DNA of 64,000 nucleotides from an uncultured Acidobacteriota bacterium (GTDB lineage Bacteria > Acidobacteriota > Vicinamibacteria > Vicinamibacterales > 2-12-FULL-66-21): NCBI GenBank assembly GCA_963771395.1, contig CAVYTY010000029.1, forward strand, positions 13,206 to 77,205, in the 5' to 3' direction. The translations under genes and the position numbers were made by a program. How positions within the stretch are numbered: position 1 is the stretch's first letter; every line of letters begins with the position of its first letter. Below, one piece after another: positions 53,459 to 62,500 of this stretch. The notes beneath the pieces were generated by a model that was not told where the DNA came from, ran no database searches, and worked only from the letters and a program-made list of their open reading frames with translations.

Positions 53459-53983
53459 ATGCATCCGGTCATTCTCGACCTTCTCCAACGGCAGCAGCGC
53501 GACGGCTTCCCGGATCTCGGCGGCACCGAGATCACCGCCACGATACCCATCTCGGACCGTCTCATCACCGAGCTCATCGCCGCAGCGCTCCCGATCGGAG
53601 GAAAGGTCCGCGAGATCATAGTCGAGGCGGAGGAAGGCAACCGCGTGATCGCAAGGGTCCGGCTGTCGGCCTCGAGCCTTTTTCCAGCGATCCCCGTAAC
53701 GCTTGCGATCGAGGATCAGCCGAAGCTGCCCGAGCAGCCGATCATCGGCTTGGGGCTTTCCCAGGCCTCCGGCTTCGTCGCCAGGGCCGCGTCGGCGCTG
53801 CCGTCCATGGTGACGCTGCCACCGGGCATCACCATCGAGGGTGACCGCATCCGGATAGACATCCGGCTGTTGCTCGCCGAACGCAACCTCGAGGGTTTGC
53901 TCGACTACGTCACGAGTCTTCGCGTCAGCACTCGCGCCGGGGCTCTCGTCCTCGACGTGAGCGCCAGGCTCGGTCCGCGGTAG
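53459..53983 (+). CDS. hypothetical protein
   Basis: The long ORF 52802..53983 is trimmed to ATG 53459 (MHPVILDLLQRQQRDGFPDLGGTEITATIPISDRL...). No motif recognised. The upstream part of the ORF is antisense to a real gene. Confidence 0.5.
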   Translation: MHPVILDLLQRQQRDGFPDLGGTEITATIPISDRLITELIAAALPIGGKVREIIVEAEEGNRVIARVRLSASSLFPAIPVTLAIEDQPKLPEQPIIGLGLSQASGFVARAASALPSMVTLPPGITIEGDRIRIDIRLLLAERNLEGLLDYVTSLRVSTRAGALVLDVSARLGPR

Positions 53984-53984
53984 G

Positions 53985-54401
53985 TTACCGGCGCACGAAC
54001 TCCATTGTCGTCTCGCGGCGTCGCGGCGTGCGAAAGCCACGGACGTACTTGAGCGAGCCCGGAGTCGAGTACTTCTGGGCGTAGGCGCGCTCGACGGCGT
54101 CACGGAGGCGCGTGCTTCTGGCGCGGACGGCCCGTACTCGCACCTGTCGTTCGCCCACCTGAATCGTGCCGAGCGGATCGTCCAGGAACGCCTTGTACCA
54201 GCCGTCCGGCTTCAGCGTCCACGAACGAACGAAGGCACGGCCGTCCACGACCACGGCCCAGACGCCGATGAAGCGATGGTCCGAACGGGCGCCCGCCCTG
54301 ATGCCGATGATCTTGCTGTCGTCGATGGCCGCCACGACCGGGCGCGGGAGCGCGCGGGGGACACGTCCTGTTGCCGACCGTGCCGGGTCTGATTTCTTCA
54401 T
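53985..54401 (-). CDS. DUF2255 family protein
   Basis: ORF 53985..54449 trimmed to ATG 54401. IGIRAGARSDHRFIGVWAVVVDGRAFVRSWTLKPDGWYKAF...GTIQVGERQVRVRAV is typical of DUF2255. Confidence 0.75.
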   Translation of the reverse strand: MKKSDPARSATGRVPRALPRPVVAAIDDSKIIGIRAGARSDHRFIGVWAVVVDGRAFVRSWTLKPDGWYKAFLDDPLGTIQVGERQVRVRAVRARSTRLRDAVERAYAQKYSTPGSLKYVRGFRTPRRRETTMEFVRR

Positions 54402-54460
54402 CGGTCGAAGGCGGGATCCTAGCACGAGCGCTCCGCTCGCTGGTGACACTCATGCTAGTC

Positions 54461-54478
54461 ATATATGCTAGCATATAT
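54461..54478. promoter_or_regulatory. 18-bp perfect palindrome, probable operator and -10 region of the VapBC-type operon
   Basis: ATATATGCTAGCATATAT ends 3 nt before the antitoxin ATG (54482). A partial upstream copy CATGCTAG lies at 54451-54458. Sharply AT-rich island. Confidence 0.55.
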
Positions 54479-54481
54479 CAT

Positions 54482-54775
54482 ATGAAGCGAACGACCATCT
54501 ACCTCGAGCCCGAGCTGGAGGTGCTCCTCAAGCTGGAAGTCCTGCGCCAGAAGCGGCCCATGGCCGAGCTCGTGCGTGAAGCGCTGCATGCCTACGTCGT
54601 GCGCGAGCCGAAGCGGGTCCCGCCTGGAGCCGGCGCGTTTGTCAGCGGCCACGCCGACACGGCCGAGCGCGCGGAGGAGATTCTCGGCGAAGCCGGCTTC
54701 GGGGGAGGCGTCGTGCCTCTGGTCCGGCGGCGGCGGGTCGCGACAGCCGCGAAGCGGACGCGGCCACGACGGTGA
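54482..54775 (+). CDS. vapB: ribbon-helix-helix (CopG-like) antitoxin, VapB-type
   Basis: ATG 54482. MKRTTIYLEPELEVLLKLEVLRQKRPMAELVREALHAY is an RHH fold. The stop overlaps the GTG of the PIN gene (GTGA at 54772-54775). Confidence 0.8.
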   Translation: MKRTTIYLEPELEVLLKLEVLRQKRPMAELVREALHAYVVREPKRVPPGAGAFVSGHADTAERAEEILGEAGFGGGVVPLVRRRRVATAAKRTRPRR

Positions 54776-55180
54776 GCATCCTGCTCGACACGGGAATCGT
54801 CTATGCCTACTACGATCGCGGCGACGCCTGGCATACGCGCGCCCGCGCCGTGATCGAGGGCGCCGCGTCTGGACTCATCCTGCCGGCGCCGGTTGTCCCG
54901 GAGGTCGACTACCTGCTCGGCCACCGGCTGGGGAAGGCGAGCCAGCTCACGCTGTACCTCGGCCATCACGGAGGGCTACTACCTCGTCGCGGACCTGCCT
55001 CGCGAAGGGTATCCCCGCGTCGCGGCGCTCAATCGACAGTTCCCCGATCTCGATCTCGGGTTCGTCGATGCCGCGATCGTCGCGCTGGCCGAAGCACTCG
55101 GTCTGAAGCGGATCGCCACAGCCGACCGCCGGCATTTCGCTCCGCTCGCCTCTGCGCTGAAGCTCGAGCTGCTACCGTAG
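54772..55180 (+). CDS. vapC: PIN-domain toxin, VapC-type; frame broken once
   Basis: VSILLDTGIVYAYYDRGDAWH...PEVDYLLGHRLGKASQLTLY (ORF 54772..55422) | SAITEGYYLVADLPREGYPRVAALNRQFPDLDLGFVDAAIVALAEALGLKRIATADRRHF (ORF 54893..55180). Acidic PIN residues D6, D(FVDA) and D(TADRR) are present. Break at GTACC 54954-54958. Confidence 0.8.
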
Positions 55181-55280
55181 CCGCCTGGCAGCCAGCGCTG
55201 TCGCCGGGATCGCGAACGGCTGATGGCAATGGCGCATCCGGGATGACCTGGCCGCCGATTCCGGCGCGCCACCAAGACGT

Positions 55281-56051
55281 TCAGCGCTCCCACTCCAGCC
55301 GGGCGACCCGCGGATCGGCCGCGAACGCCAGGCGATCGAACTCCAGCCGCTCGTCGGGGAAATCACAGAGCGCGCGGGCACCATGCGAGCCAAGATGGAT
55401 GCGCCACGTCTGCCGTTCCTGAGGCTGACGCGACGCGAAGGCACCACACGTCAGCAGCGCGAGGTTCACGCCACGAGGAACCCGGGCGGAGGCATACTTC
55501 AGCACGTTGACACCTGCCTCGCGCGCGCGATCGGCAAGATCCTGGCAAGCCGTCCAGTCTGCGCGGTTCGTCCATCGATCCTGATCCGCGCCGAACGGCG
55601 GACGCGTCAAGTCCAATCCGGCTGCCGTCCGGAACCTGACCGAGAACACCGTGTGCTCGCCAGCGATGCCGGGCCACGGCGTCTCCGGCGAGTCGGCAAA
55701 GAACAACAGGCGATGAAACGCGACCTCGGCAACGGCCGTCGCCGGCGTGCTGGATCCGTAGAACACACCCGGGGTGAAGCCGGCGCGGCGAAATCGCGAT
55801 CCGGATGGATAGGGGGCGCCGTACCTGAACGGCGTCGCCAGCAGGTAGTGGAGGTCACGACACTCGGAAGGGACGGGCGGCTTCGTCCGCTCGAGGACCG
55901 TTTCGAGAAGACTCTGCTCGGCCAGCGTGTCGACGATCTTCATCGTCGACACGCGGTGTTGCGCTTCGACCGCTCGCCAGCAGGAACCCGAGAGGCGGCG
56001 CCGCTCAGACGAGAGCGCGGCGGGCGTCCAGGTACGAGACTGCGTGGACAA
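55281..56051 (-). CDS. RES-domain toxin (ParT/MbcT-like)
   Basis: The conserved N-terminal block CWRAVEAQHRVSTMKIVDTLAEQSLLETVLERTKPPVP lies upstream of the first ATG (55943). The only canonical start upstream of it is TTG 56051, which overlaps the antitoxin gene by 47 nt. RES residues sit in GSRFRR, AVAEV and KYASAR. Confidence 0.8.
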   Translation of the reverse strand: MSTQSRTWTPAALSSERRRLSGSCWRAVEAQHRVSTMKIVDTLAEQSLLETVLERTKPPVPSECRDLHYLLATPFRYGAPYPSGSRFRRAGFTPGVFYGSSTPATAVAEVAFHRLLFFADSPETPWPGIAGEHTVFSVRFRTAAGLDLTRPPFGADQDRWTNRADWTACQDLADRAREAGVNVLKYASARVPRGVNLALLTCGAFASRQPQERQTWRIHLGSHGARALCDFPDERLEFDRLAFAADPRVARLEWER

Positions 56052-56394
56052 GTCCGGGAACCGACTGAATGATCGCCAGAGGCGTGCCGCCAAGCACTTC
56101 GTTCTCGTTCCGGAGCCACGCCTGCGCGACGGCGTCGTCGCCATGAACAATCGCGTCGAGCGCGCGAAACAGCCGGACGAAGAGCACCGCGAGGTCGAAG
56201 GCCTTGTCGCCGGACGCGAGGGTGTAGGTGCCCGACCCCATACGGGAGACGCTAGCCTCGGAGAGCCCGATAGTGGCCGCCAGAGCCTTGTTCGACACCC
56301 CAAGACGGCTCGCGGCACGAAGAACCGCCTTGGTGACGACGGCGGCTTCGGACACCGCGGTCGATCGCTCGGCTGGACCAGGGCCTTTCGTCAT
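56005..56394 (-). CDS. Xre-like antitoxin with DUF2384 toxin-binding domain (ParS/MbcA-like)
   Basis: ORF 56005..56526 trimmed to ATG 56394 behind GAGGAA. HTH is SNKALAATIGLSEASVSRM. C-terminus AQAWLRNENEVLGGTPLAIIQSVPGLVHAVSYL is typical of DUF2384. Confidence 0.8.
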   Translation of the reverse strand: MTKGPGPAERSTAVSEAAVVTKAVLRAASRLGVSNKALAATIGLSEASVSRMGSGTYTLASGDKAFDLAVLFVRLFRALDAIVHGDDAVAQAWLRNENEVLGGTPLAIIQSVPGLVHAVSYLDARRALV

Positions 56395-56406
56395 TTCCTC
56401 TGAAAT

Positions 56407-56436
56407 ATTATACAGTAAGTATTTCTGTAGTAACAA
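56407..56436 (-). promoter_or_regulatory. sigma70-like promoter of the Xre-RES operon
   Basis: On the minus strand: TTGTTA (56436-56431), 18-nt spacer containing TACAG...CTGTA, then TATAAT (56412-56407), 12 nt upstream of the ATG. AT-rich island. Confidence 0.5.
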
Positions 56437-56657
56437 GCGGCCGCGGGCGATGGCTGGAACCGATGCCGAAACCCCCGCCGTCGAAGGCAGGCTGATGGCG
56501 TCCATGAAAGTCGAGGCAAATGCCACTAACGTGCCACGACTGAATCGCTCGGTTTTCGCTCAGAATCGCAAGGGCTTCGAATCGAGTGCGCGGGTTCTGC
56601 ATCCGCGAACCCCTTGAAGTACGCAGATCCTGAGATCAGGGCGGCGGCCCAGAGTCC

Positions 56658-57461
56658 TCATCGTCCGGCCGCCCACCGAATCGCGGCCGCGATCTGTCCC
56701 TGAAACCGCGGATCCATCCACGTCGAGGGGAAGTGCCCGAGCGCGTTGTAGTACACCCGGCCGTTGCCATGCGACTGCACCCAGGCGAGCGGGTAATCGC
56801 CCGACGATCCGACCGATCCCGCGTCGAGCCGCAGCAGGACCTGGACACGGTTGCGTGGGTTCTCGCGGAACGTGTAGAACTCTTCTTCAAGCGAGAAGCG
56901 ATCGCCAAGGCCCGTCGTCGCAGGGTGCGCCCGATCTTCGACGATGACCGAGGCCGTCTGGGTCCATGGGTGCTCCTTGAAGTAGGCGCCGATGAGTGCG
57001 CCGTACTCGGGCCACTGATACAGCGTGTCGGTCGCGCTGTGTGCGCCGAGAAAGCCCTTGCCACCCGAGACAAACGCCAGGATCGCGGCTTTCTGGTCGG
57101 CCGTGAACGCGAGCTCGCCGCTGGTCAGCGCGAAGAACAGCACGTCGTAGGTCGCCAGGGTCGTAGCGGTGATCGCCGCGACGTCCTCGGTCGCCGTGAT
57201 CGCGAACTCGCCATTCGCTGCGCCGAGACCCGTCAGCACCTGTCGGGCGGTGACGATGGAATCGTGCCGAAACCCGGCCGTCGCCGTCAGCATGAGCACC
57301 CGGACAGGCGCGGACGGCGGTCCCGAAGGACCGACCGGGGTGGACGTCGAGGGCGGCTTGGATGAACAGGCGAGGCAGGCGACCAGCAGGACGACGACGG
57401 AGCCGCGAGCGCTGGCCCTGTTCGAGCGCCTCGAGCCTGCCCATTCTTGTGCCGCGTCCAC
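56658..57461 (-). CDS. ThuA-domain protein, probable lipoprotein
   Basis: ORF 56658..57656 trimmed to GTG 57461 (start uncertain). Lipobox-like VVVLLVACLACS. VLMLTATAGFRHDSI...GFLGAHSATD...WVQSHGNGRVYYNALGH is typical of ThuA. Confidence 0.75.
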   Translation of the reverse strand: MDAAQEWAGSRRSNRASARGSVVVLLVACLACSSKPPSTSTPVGPSGPPSAPVRVLMLTATAGFRHDSIVTARQVLTGLGAANGEFAITATEDVAAITATTLATYDVLFFALTSGELAFTADQKAAILAFVSGGKGFLGAHSATDTLYQWPEYGALIGAYFKEHPWTQTASVIVEDRAHPATTGLGDRFSLEEEFYTFRENPRNRVQVLLRLDAGSVGSSGDYPLAWVQSHGNGRVYYNALGHFPSTWMDPRFQGQIAAAIRWAAGR

Positions 57462-57685
57462 GCTCTTGTGACTCCCCCACTGATAGTAAAGCCTTTCGGT
57501 CCTCGGTGGCGCCGGGCAGTAACGTGTCACGGGCCGATATCGGCGCGCAACACCTGCGACATCCGTCTCACCTACGCCACAACGCACAGGACAGTCCTCA
57601 GAAGGTCCGACGTATGATAGCCCTCCGATGAAACCTTCTTCGTTTTTGTGGTTCACGCCAAAGACGCCGAAGGGTTGACTGCAGC

Positions 57686-58051
57686 GTGGCGAGAAAAGCC
57701 GACACGTTCGACGCTGTGCGCAAAGCCGGGCTCGGGCTGCCAGGCGTCGAGGAGAGCACGATGTACGGCGCGCCGGCGCTGAAGGTCCGCGGCAAGCTCG
57801 TCGCCTGCATGGCCAGCCATAAGTCGGCCGAGCCAGGGTCGCTCGTGGTCCGCATCGACTTCGAACAGCGAGAAGAGCTCGTCGCGGCCGAGCCGGACAC
57901 CTACTACCTCACCGATCACTATGTCGGGTACCCGTCGGTGCTGGTGCGATTGTCTCGAATCCGTGCGGACGCGCTGGCGGATCTGCTGAGGTCCGCCTGG
58001 CGATTCGTCAACGATCGGGACCTGAAGGGAGTCGGCCGGCCGAGGGCCTGA
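57686..58051 (+). CDS. MmcQ/YjbR family DNA-binding protein
   Basis: GTG 57686, 121 aa. LPGVEESTMYGAPALKVRGKLVA...YYLTDHYVGYPSVLVRL. Confidence 0.75.
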   Translation: MARKADTFDAVRKAGLGLPGVEESTMYGAPALKVRGKLVACMASHKSAEPGSLVVRIDFEQREELVAAEPDTYYLTDHYVGYPSVLVRLSRIRADALADLLRSAWRFVNDRDLKGVGRPRA

Positions 58052-58175
58052 TCGGCGGGATCTTCGCGCGAATGTCAGCCTGGCGGGCGCTGGCGCTCGA
58101 AGAAGACCGTGTCGAGCCCGAGCGATCGTGCCGCGACGGACGGGCGCAAAGCCGAGTTTCTCCAGCATGCTCGTG

Positions 58176-58826
58176 TCAATGAAGCTCGATGACGCCTTTG
58201 GCCGTGCTCACGGTTGCATGGAGCTCCGCCCCAGAGGCCAGTGCGACGTCAGCATCGATCCCTACGGCCTTGAGGACGCCGACGACCGCCGCCGGCTGGG
58301 GATGCGCGATGCGCAGCGCCTTCAGCTGGCACCCTCCCGGAGAATCGGTCGCCGGATGCACGGCATCGGCCGCCCATTGGATGAAGAACGGGATGGGCTC
58401 GACGACTCCGACGGCGAGCGAGCTCGCGACACCGAGCGATCGCCATTTCAGCAGCCTGCCATCGGGACGTGCGCGCGAACCGTCGCTCGGGCCGAAGACG
58501 GCCTGGCCGGCGGCCTTCGCGCCACGCGCTACTCCGTCGATGTCCGTCGTTGCCGCCGCCCACGTCACCAGCCGTGGCTCGGTCAGCGCCCGGAGGTCGA
58601 TCTGGAACGTGTAGGTGCTCTGCGCGGGATCGGGCGCAATGATCTCGAGATACTGCTTCGTACCGAGTGACAGAAGCGCGTTGCGGGTGCCCCGGCCCGG
58701 ATGACTGCCCCCGACCACGGGCCTGACCCCGGTCCGCTCCTCCACCCATTGGATACCGCGATCGAGATCGGCCACGCCGAGCAGCAGGTGATCGGCGGCC
58801 GTGACGGCAGAAACTGCAGCTCGCAT
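58176..58826 (-). CDS. VOC/glyoxalase-like domain protein
   Basis: ORF 58176..58913 trimmed to ATG 58826; the longer form from 58913 is possible. DHLLLGVADLDRGIQWVEERTGV...NALLSLGTKQYLEIIAPDP. Confidence 0.75.
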   Translation of the reverse strand: MRAAVSAVTAADHLLLGVADLDRGIQWVEERTGVRPVVGGSHPGRGTRNALLSLGTKQYLEIIAPDPAQSTYTFQIDLRALTEPRLVTWAAATTDIDGVARGAKAAGQAVFGPSDGSRARPDGRLLKWRSLGVASSLAVGVVEPIPFFIQWAADAVHPATDSPGGCQLKALRIAHPQPAAVVGVLKAVGIDADVALASGAELHATVSTAKGVIELH

Positions 58827-58941
58827 GATGATCTCGGGCCGGGTCAGCGTCGACGCCGCGACGAGGCCGGGCGCCCGGAGCGCCGGTCGGCGGTCGGTTG
58901 CCGGGACATCCATACACGCATTCTAATCCGCTCCGTTCCGC

Positions 58942-59218
58942 ATGTCCTTCGCACAGGTGACGCCGCGTCGACGGTGGATCGACGGCCACCTCGTGCTCGC
59001 GCGACGGCTGGAGCATCCGCTTTCGACTGGTGCAGACGTTCTCGCCAAGGAATCATCTGCACGCGTTCAGAATCAGCTCGGAATCGGACGTCGACACCGA
59101 GTTCGCCGAATGGGTGCGGGAAGCATACGCCGTCGGCGAGCAGCGACACCTTCGCCCGTCGAAGACGGCCGGTGCCCGACAGCGGCGGCGCAAGACGGGA
59201 AACCGGGACGCCACGTAG
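58942..59218 (+). pseudogene. remnant of a DUF5655-like gene (C-terminal part only, frame broken)
   Basis: MSFAQVTPRRRWIDGHLVLARRLEHP (ORF 58942..59265) | FRLVQTFSPRNHLHAFRISSESDVDTEFAEWVREAYAVGEQRHL (ORF 59030..59218). No N-terminal domain upstream. Break at about 59017-59024. Confidence 0.4.
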
Positions 59219-59417
59219 TCGACATACAGCCACTCGAGCCCGGACACGGCTCCTTCAAAATCTGACCCAGGCTCGACTCCCTGCCCGCCGCGGACTTTCA
59301 GGCGAGCCGATTTGCGCGGCCGGGCCGCACGAATCGCTCGGCCCCGAAAACCGGCACGTGGTGTCAAAAAAAAGCCAAAAATGTCAGTTCACACAGCAAC
59401 TCGTCCCAACATGTCCG

Positions 59418-59446
59418 TTGACCGTCACTCGTCCCAGATCTAGACT
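59418..59446 (+). promoter_or_regulatory. possible sigma70-like promoter upstream of the TonB-dependent receptor
   Basis: TTGACC (59418-59423), 17-nt spacer, TAGACT (59441-59446). Preceded by the A-rich tract GTGTCAAAAAAAAGCCAAAAATGTCAG. About 85 nt upstream of ATG 59532. Confidence 0.3.
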
Positions 59447-59531
59447 TCGACCCCAGGGGTCAACTTGCAAGTGGCACGTCTGTAACAACACTAGCTTGGG
59501 AGGGCATCCACCTGGGTGCCGGGGAGGGAGT

Positions 59532-62500
59532 ATGTTGCGTTCGTCCAGCCGCTGGAAAGTCGCGGTCATCGTCGCCCTGTTCACCGCCATGGTCCCTTGG
59601 GGGGCCGCCGCACAATCCACCGCGTCGATTTCCGGCGTGGTCAAGGACGCCCAGGGAAGCGTGCTTCCCGGCGTGTCGGTCGTCATCAAGGACGACGCCT
59701 CCGGCCAATCACTGGATGTGACGACCGATGCCGAGGGGAGATACCAGGCCACAGCCCTTGCCGCCGGGTCCTACACCGTGACGGCAACGCTCTCGGGCTT
59801 CAAGGTCGCAACGTCGAAGAACATCCGCGTCGCGCCCGGTCAGCCGGTGTCCATCCCGCTCACGCTCGAGATCGGCCAGCTCGAAGAGACGGTCGTGGTC
59901 ACGAGCAGCTCCGAGCTCATCAACACAGAAAACGGCACAGTCGCGGCGACGCTGAACTCGGATCAGCTCACCCGCATGCCGACGGCGACGCGCAACGCGC
60001 TGAACGCCGTCGCGTTCCTGCCCGGCGTGAACGTCACGGGCACCAACCGCGACTCGACGATCAACGGTCTCCCGGAGAACTTTCTGAGCATCACCATCGA
60101 CGGGGTGAGCAACAACGACAACTTCCTGCGCAACACGGATGGTTTCTTCGCCTCCGTCACGCCGCGGCAGGACGCGGTCGAGGCCGTATCGGTGACCCTT
60201 TCTGCCGCCGGCGCGCAGGTGGGCGGCGGCGCCGGCGCTGTCACGATGGCGTTCCAGACGCGATCGGGCGGCAACCGTTTCACCGGCAGCGCCTACGAGT
60301 ACTACCGGAACCCGAAGTTCAACACCAACTACGTCTTCAACGAGATCAACCATCAGCCGAAGAACGAGGTCAAGCTGAACACGTTCGGCGCGCGGGTCGG
60401 TGGTCCGATCGTGATCCCCGGCTTGTACGACGGCCACAACAAGGCGTTCTTCTTCGTGCACTACGAGCAGGTCCGCTTCCCGAACAGCTTCACGCGCACG
60501 CGGACGGTCTTCAATCCGCGCGTCTACGACGGCTGGTTCCGCTACCAGTTCGGCACCGAAGTGCGCGAGGTCAACCTGCTGCAGCTGGCGGCCACCAACG
60601 GGCAGATCTCCGCGACGGACGCGACGATGATGAAGCTGCTCGGGCAGATCGACGCCTCGACGAAGACCACCGGCACCCGCGCCGCCCAGAGCGATCCGCT
60701 GTACGACAACTACGTCTGGCAGAGCCCGTCGGAGCTCTTCGAGCATCAGCCGACGGTGCGCCTCGATTACAACCTCACGACCAACCACCGGCTGAACGGA
60801 TCGTTCTCCCAGATCACAGCCAAGCGGACGCCCGACTACCTGAACAACACCGATCCGCGGTTTCCCGGTGCGCCGAACCAGCGCGACTTCGTCTCGACGC
60901 GGCCGCTGATAGCCCTGGCCATGCGATCCGTGCTGTCCAAGAACATCGTCAACGAGGTGCGCGGCGGGTTGACCGCCTACGCGAGCGGCTCGAATTTCGG
61001 CTACGCATCGAGCATCACCTCGCGCAACGATCCCAGCACGTTCGCCGACTCCGGCGGGTTCGCGATCAGCGCGCCGAACAACACGATCACCAACTGGTTC
61101 ACGTCCAACGGCCCGAGCTGGCGCAAGGCACCGACCTATACCGTGGAGGACACGTTGACCTGGAACCGGGGCGCGCACACCATCCTGACCGGCGGGAACT
61201 TCATGATCTCGAACGCCTCGTCCTCGGGACAGACCATGGTCCGCGGGATCACGCTGGGGCTCAATACGGACTTCGATCCGGCGGCCGGCTTGTTCAACAC
61301 CACCAACTTCCCTGGCGCGTCGAGCGATCAGCTGACGGCCGCACGCGCCACCTACGCGGTGCTGACCGGCCGGGTGGCCACCGTGGCCAGTACCGCGGTT
61401 TTGCAAAGCACCGGCCAGTACCAGGAACTGGCGCCGAGTACCCTCGAAGGCGGCTACAAGGTCTTCGGCATGTTCGCCCAAGATACGTGGCGAGTGAAGC
61501 CGAATCTGACCCTGACGGCCGGCCTCCGCTATGACATCCAGACGCCGTTCGCCCCGTTCTCGAGCGTCATGTCCGCAGTCACGATGGCGAGTGTCTGCGG
61601 GACATCGGGCGAAGGCGACGGCGGCCTCTACAGCCGGTGCGATGTCCTGACGCCAGGCGCCACGGGCGGCGTCACGCCGCAGTACATCCAGTTCGAGAAA
61701 GGGAGCGAAGGCTACAAGACGGATTTGAACAACATCGCGCCGTCGGCCAGTATCGCCTGGCGGCCCAACGTCCAGTCCGGGTTCCTGAGCAAGATCCTCG
61801 GGGACCCCGATCAGGCGACGGTGCGCGCGGGATACTCCGAAGCCTACGCCCGTGAGGGCCTCACCCGGTTCACCACCCTCTACGGGGGCAACCGCGGCGC
61901 CTCGATTTCGCTGAATCGCACCGCCAACACCGGCCTCGTGCCGGCGGGCGAATCATGGCCGGTCCTGCTCTCGCAGACCAATCGGCTGTATCCGGCGTCG
62001 TTCAATCCCGATCCGACGTATCCGATCGCCGTCGGCGCGAACCGGGCCGACAGCCTCAACGCCTTCGCGCCGGACATCCAGATCGCGCGCGTGCGCAGCT
62101 GGACGGTCGGCTTCGCACGGTCGCTCTCGAGGGACATGGCGGTCGAGATCCGCTACGTCGGCAACCGCGCCGACAACGAGTGGTCGGAGATCAACTACAA
62201 CTCGGTCCGCGGCGAGAACCTCGTCGCCAACGGCTTCCTCGACGAGTTCAAGCTCGCGATGGCGAACCTCGCCGCCAACAACGCCTCCGGCGCGTCGAAC
62301 CGGGCGGGCTCGTTCGCCTACTTCGGCGCGGGCACCGGCACGAACCAGCTGCCGATCTACCTGGCGTACCTCAATGGCCGAACGGATGCCGGCAACCCGG
62401 CCGCCTATGCCAACGCCTCGACCACCTGGGCGAACGCGACGATCGCCGGCCGGCTCGCCGGGCCGAACCCAAACCCAACCGCGGCGGCTGGTACCGATCT

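Noticed and set aside
797-54958. Programmed ribosomal frameshifting as the explanation for the recurrent GTAC-associated frame breaks
   Set aside because: The extra base is 5' of GTAC on the coding strand in some genes and 3' in others. There is no shared slippery heptamer or downstream structure, and the affected genes are functionally unrelated. A DNA- or sequencing-level cause fits better.
56031-56035. GGTAC in the antitoxin gene: removing one base here would fuse the Xre antitoxin in-frame to the RES toxin and solve the missing-start problem
   Set aside because: As written, the antitoxin ends with a plausible C-terminus and stop. A fused antitoxin-toxin would be atypical, and a TTG start at 56051 gives a normal-length toxin. 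It remains a site worth checking in raw reads.
56589-56614. Hairpin GCGGGTTC…GAACCCC downstream of the ThuA gene, as a possible intrinsic terminator
   Set aside because: The stem is short (6-7 bp) and is not followed by a T/U tract on the relevant strand. The evidence is too weak to annotate.
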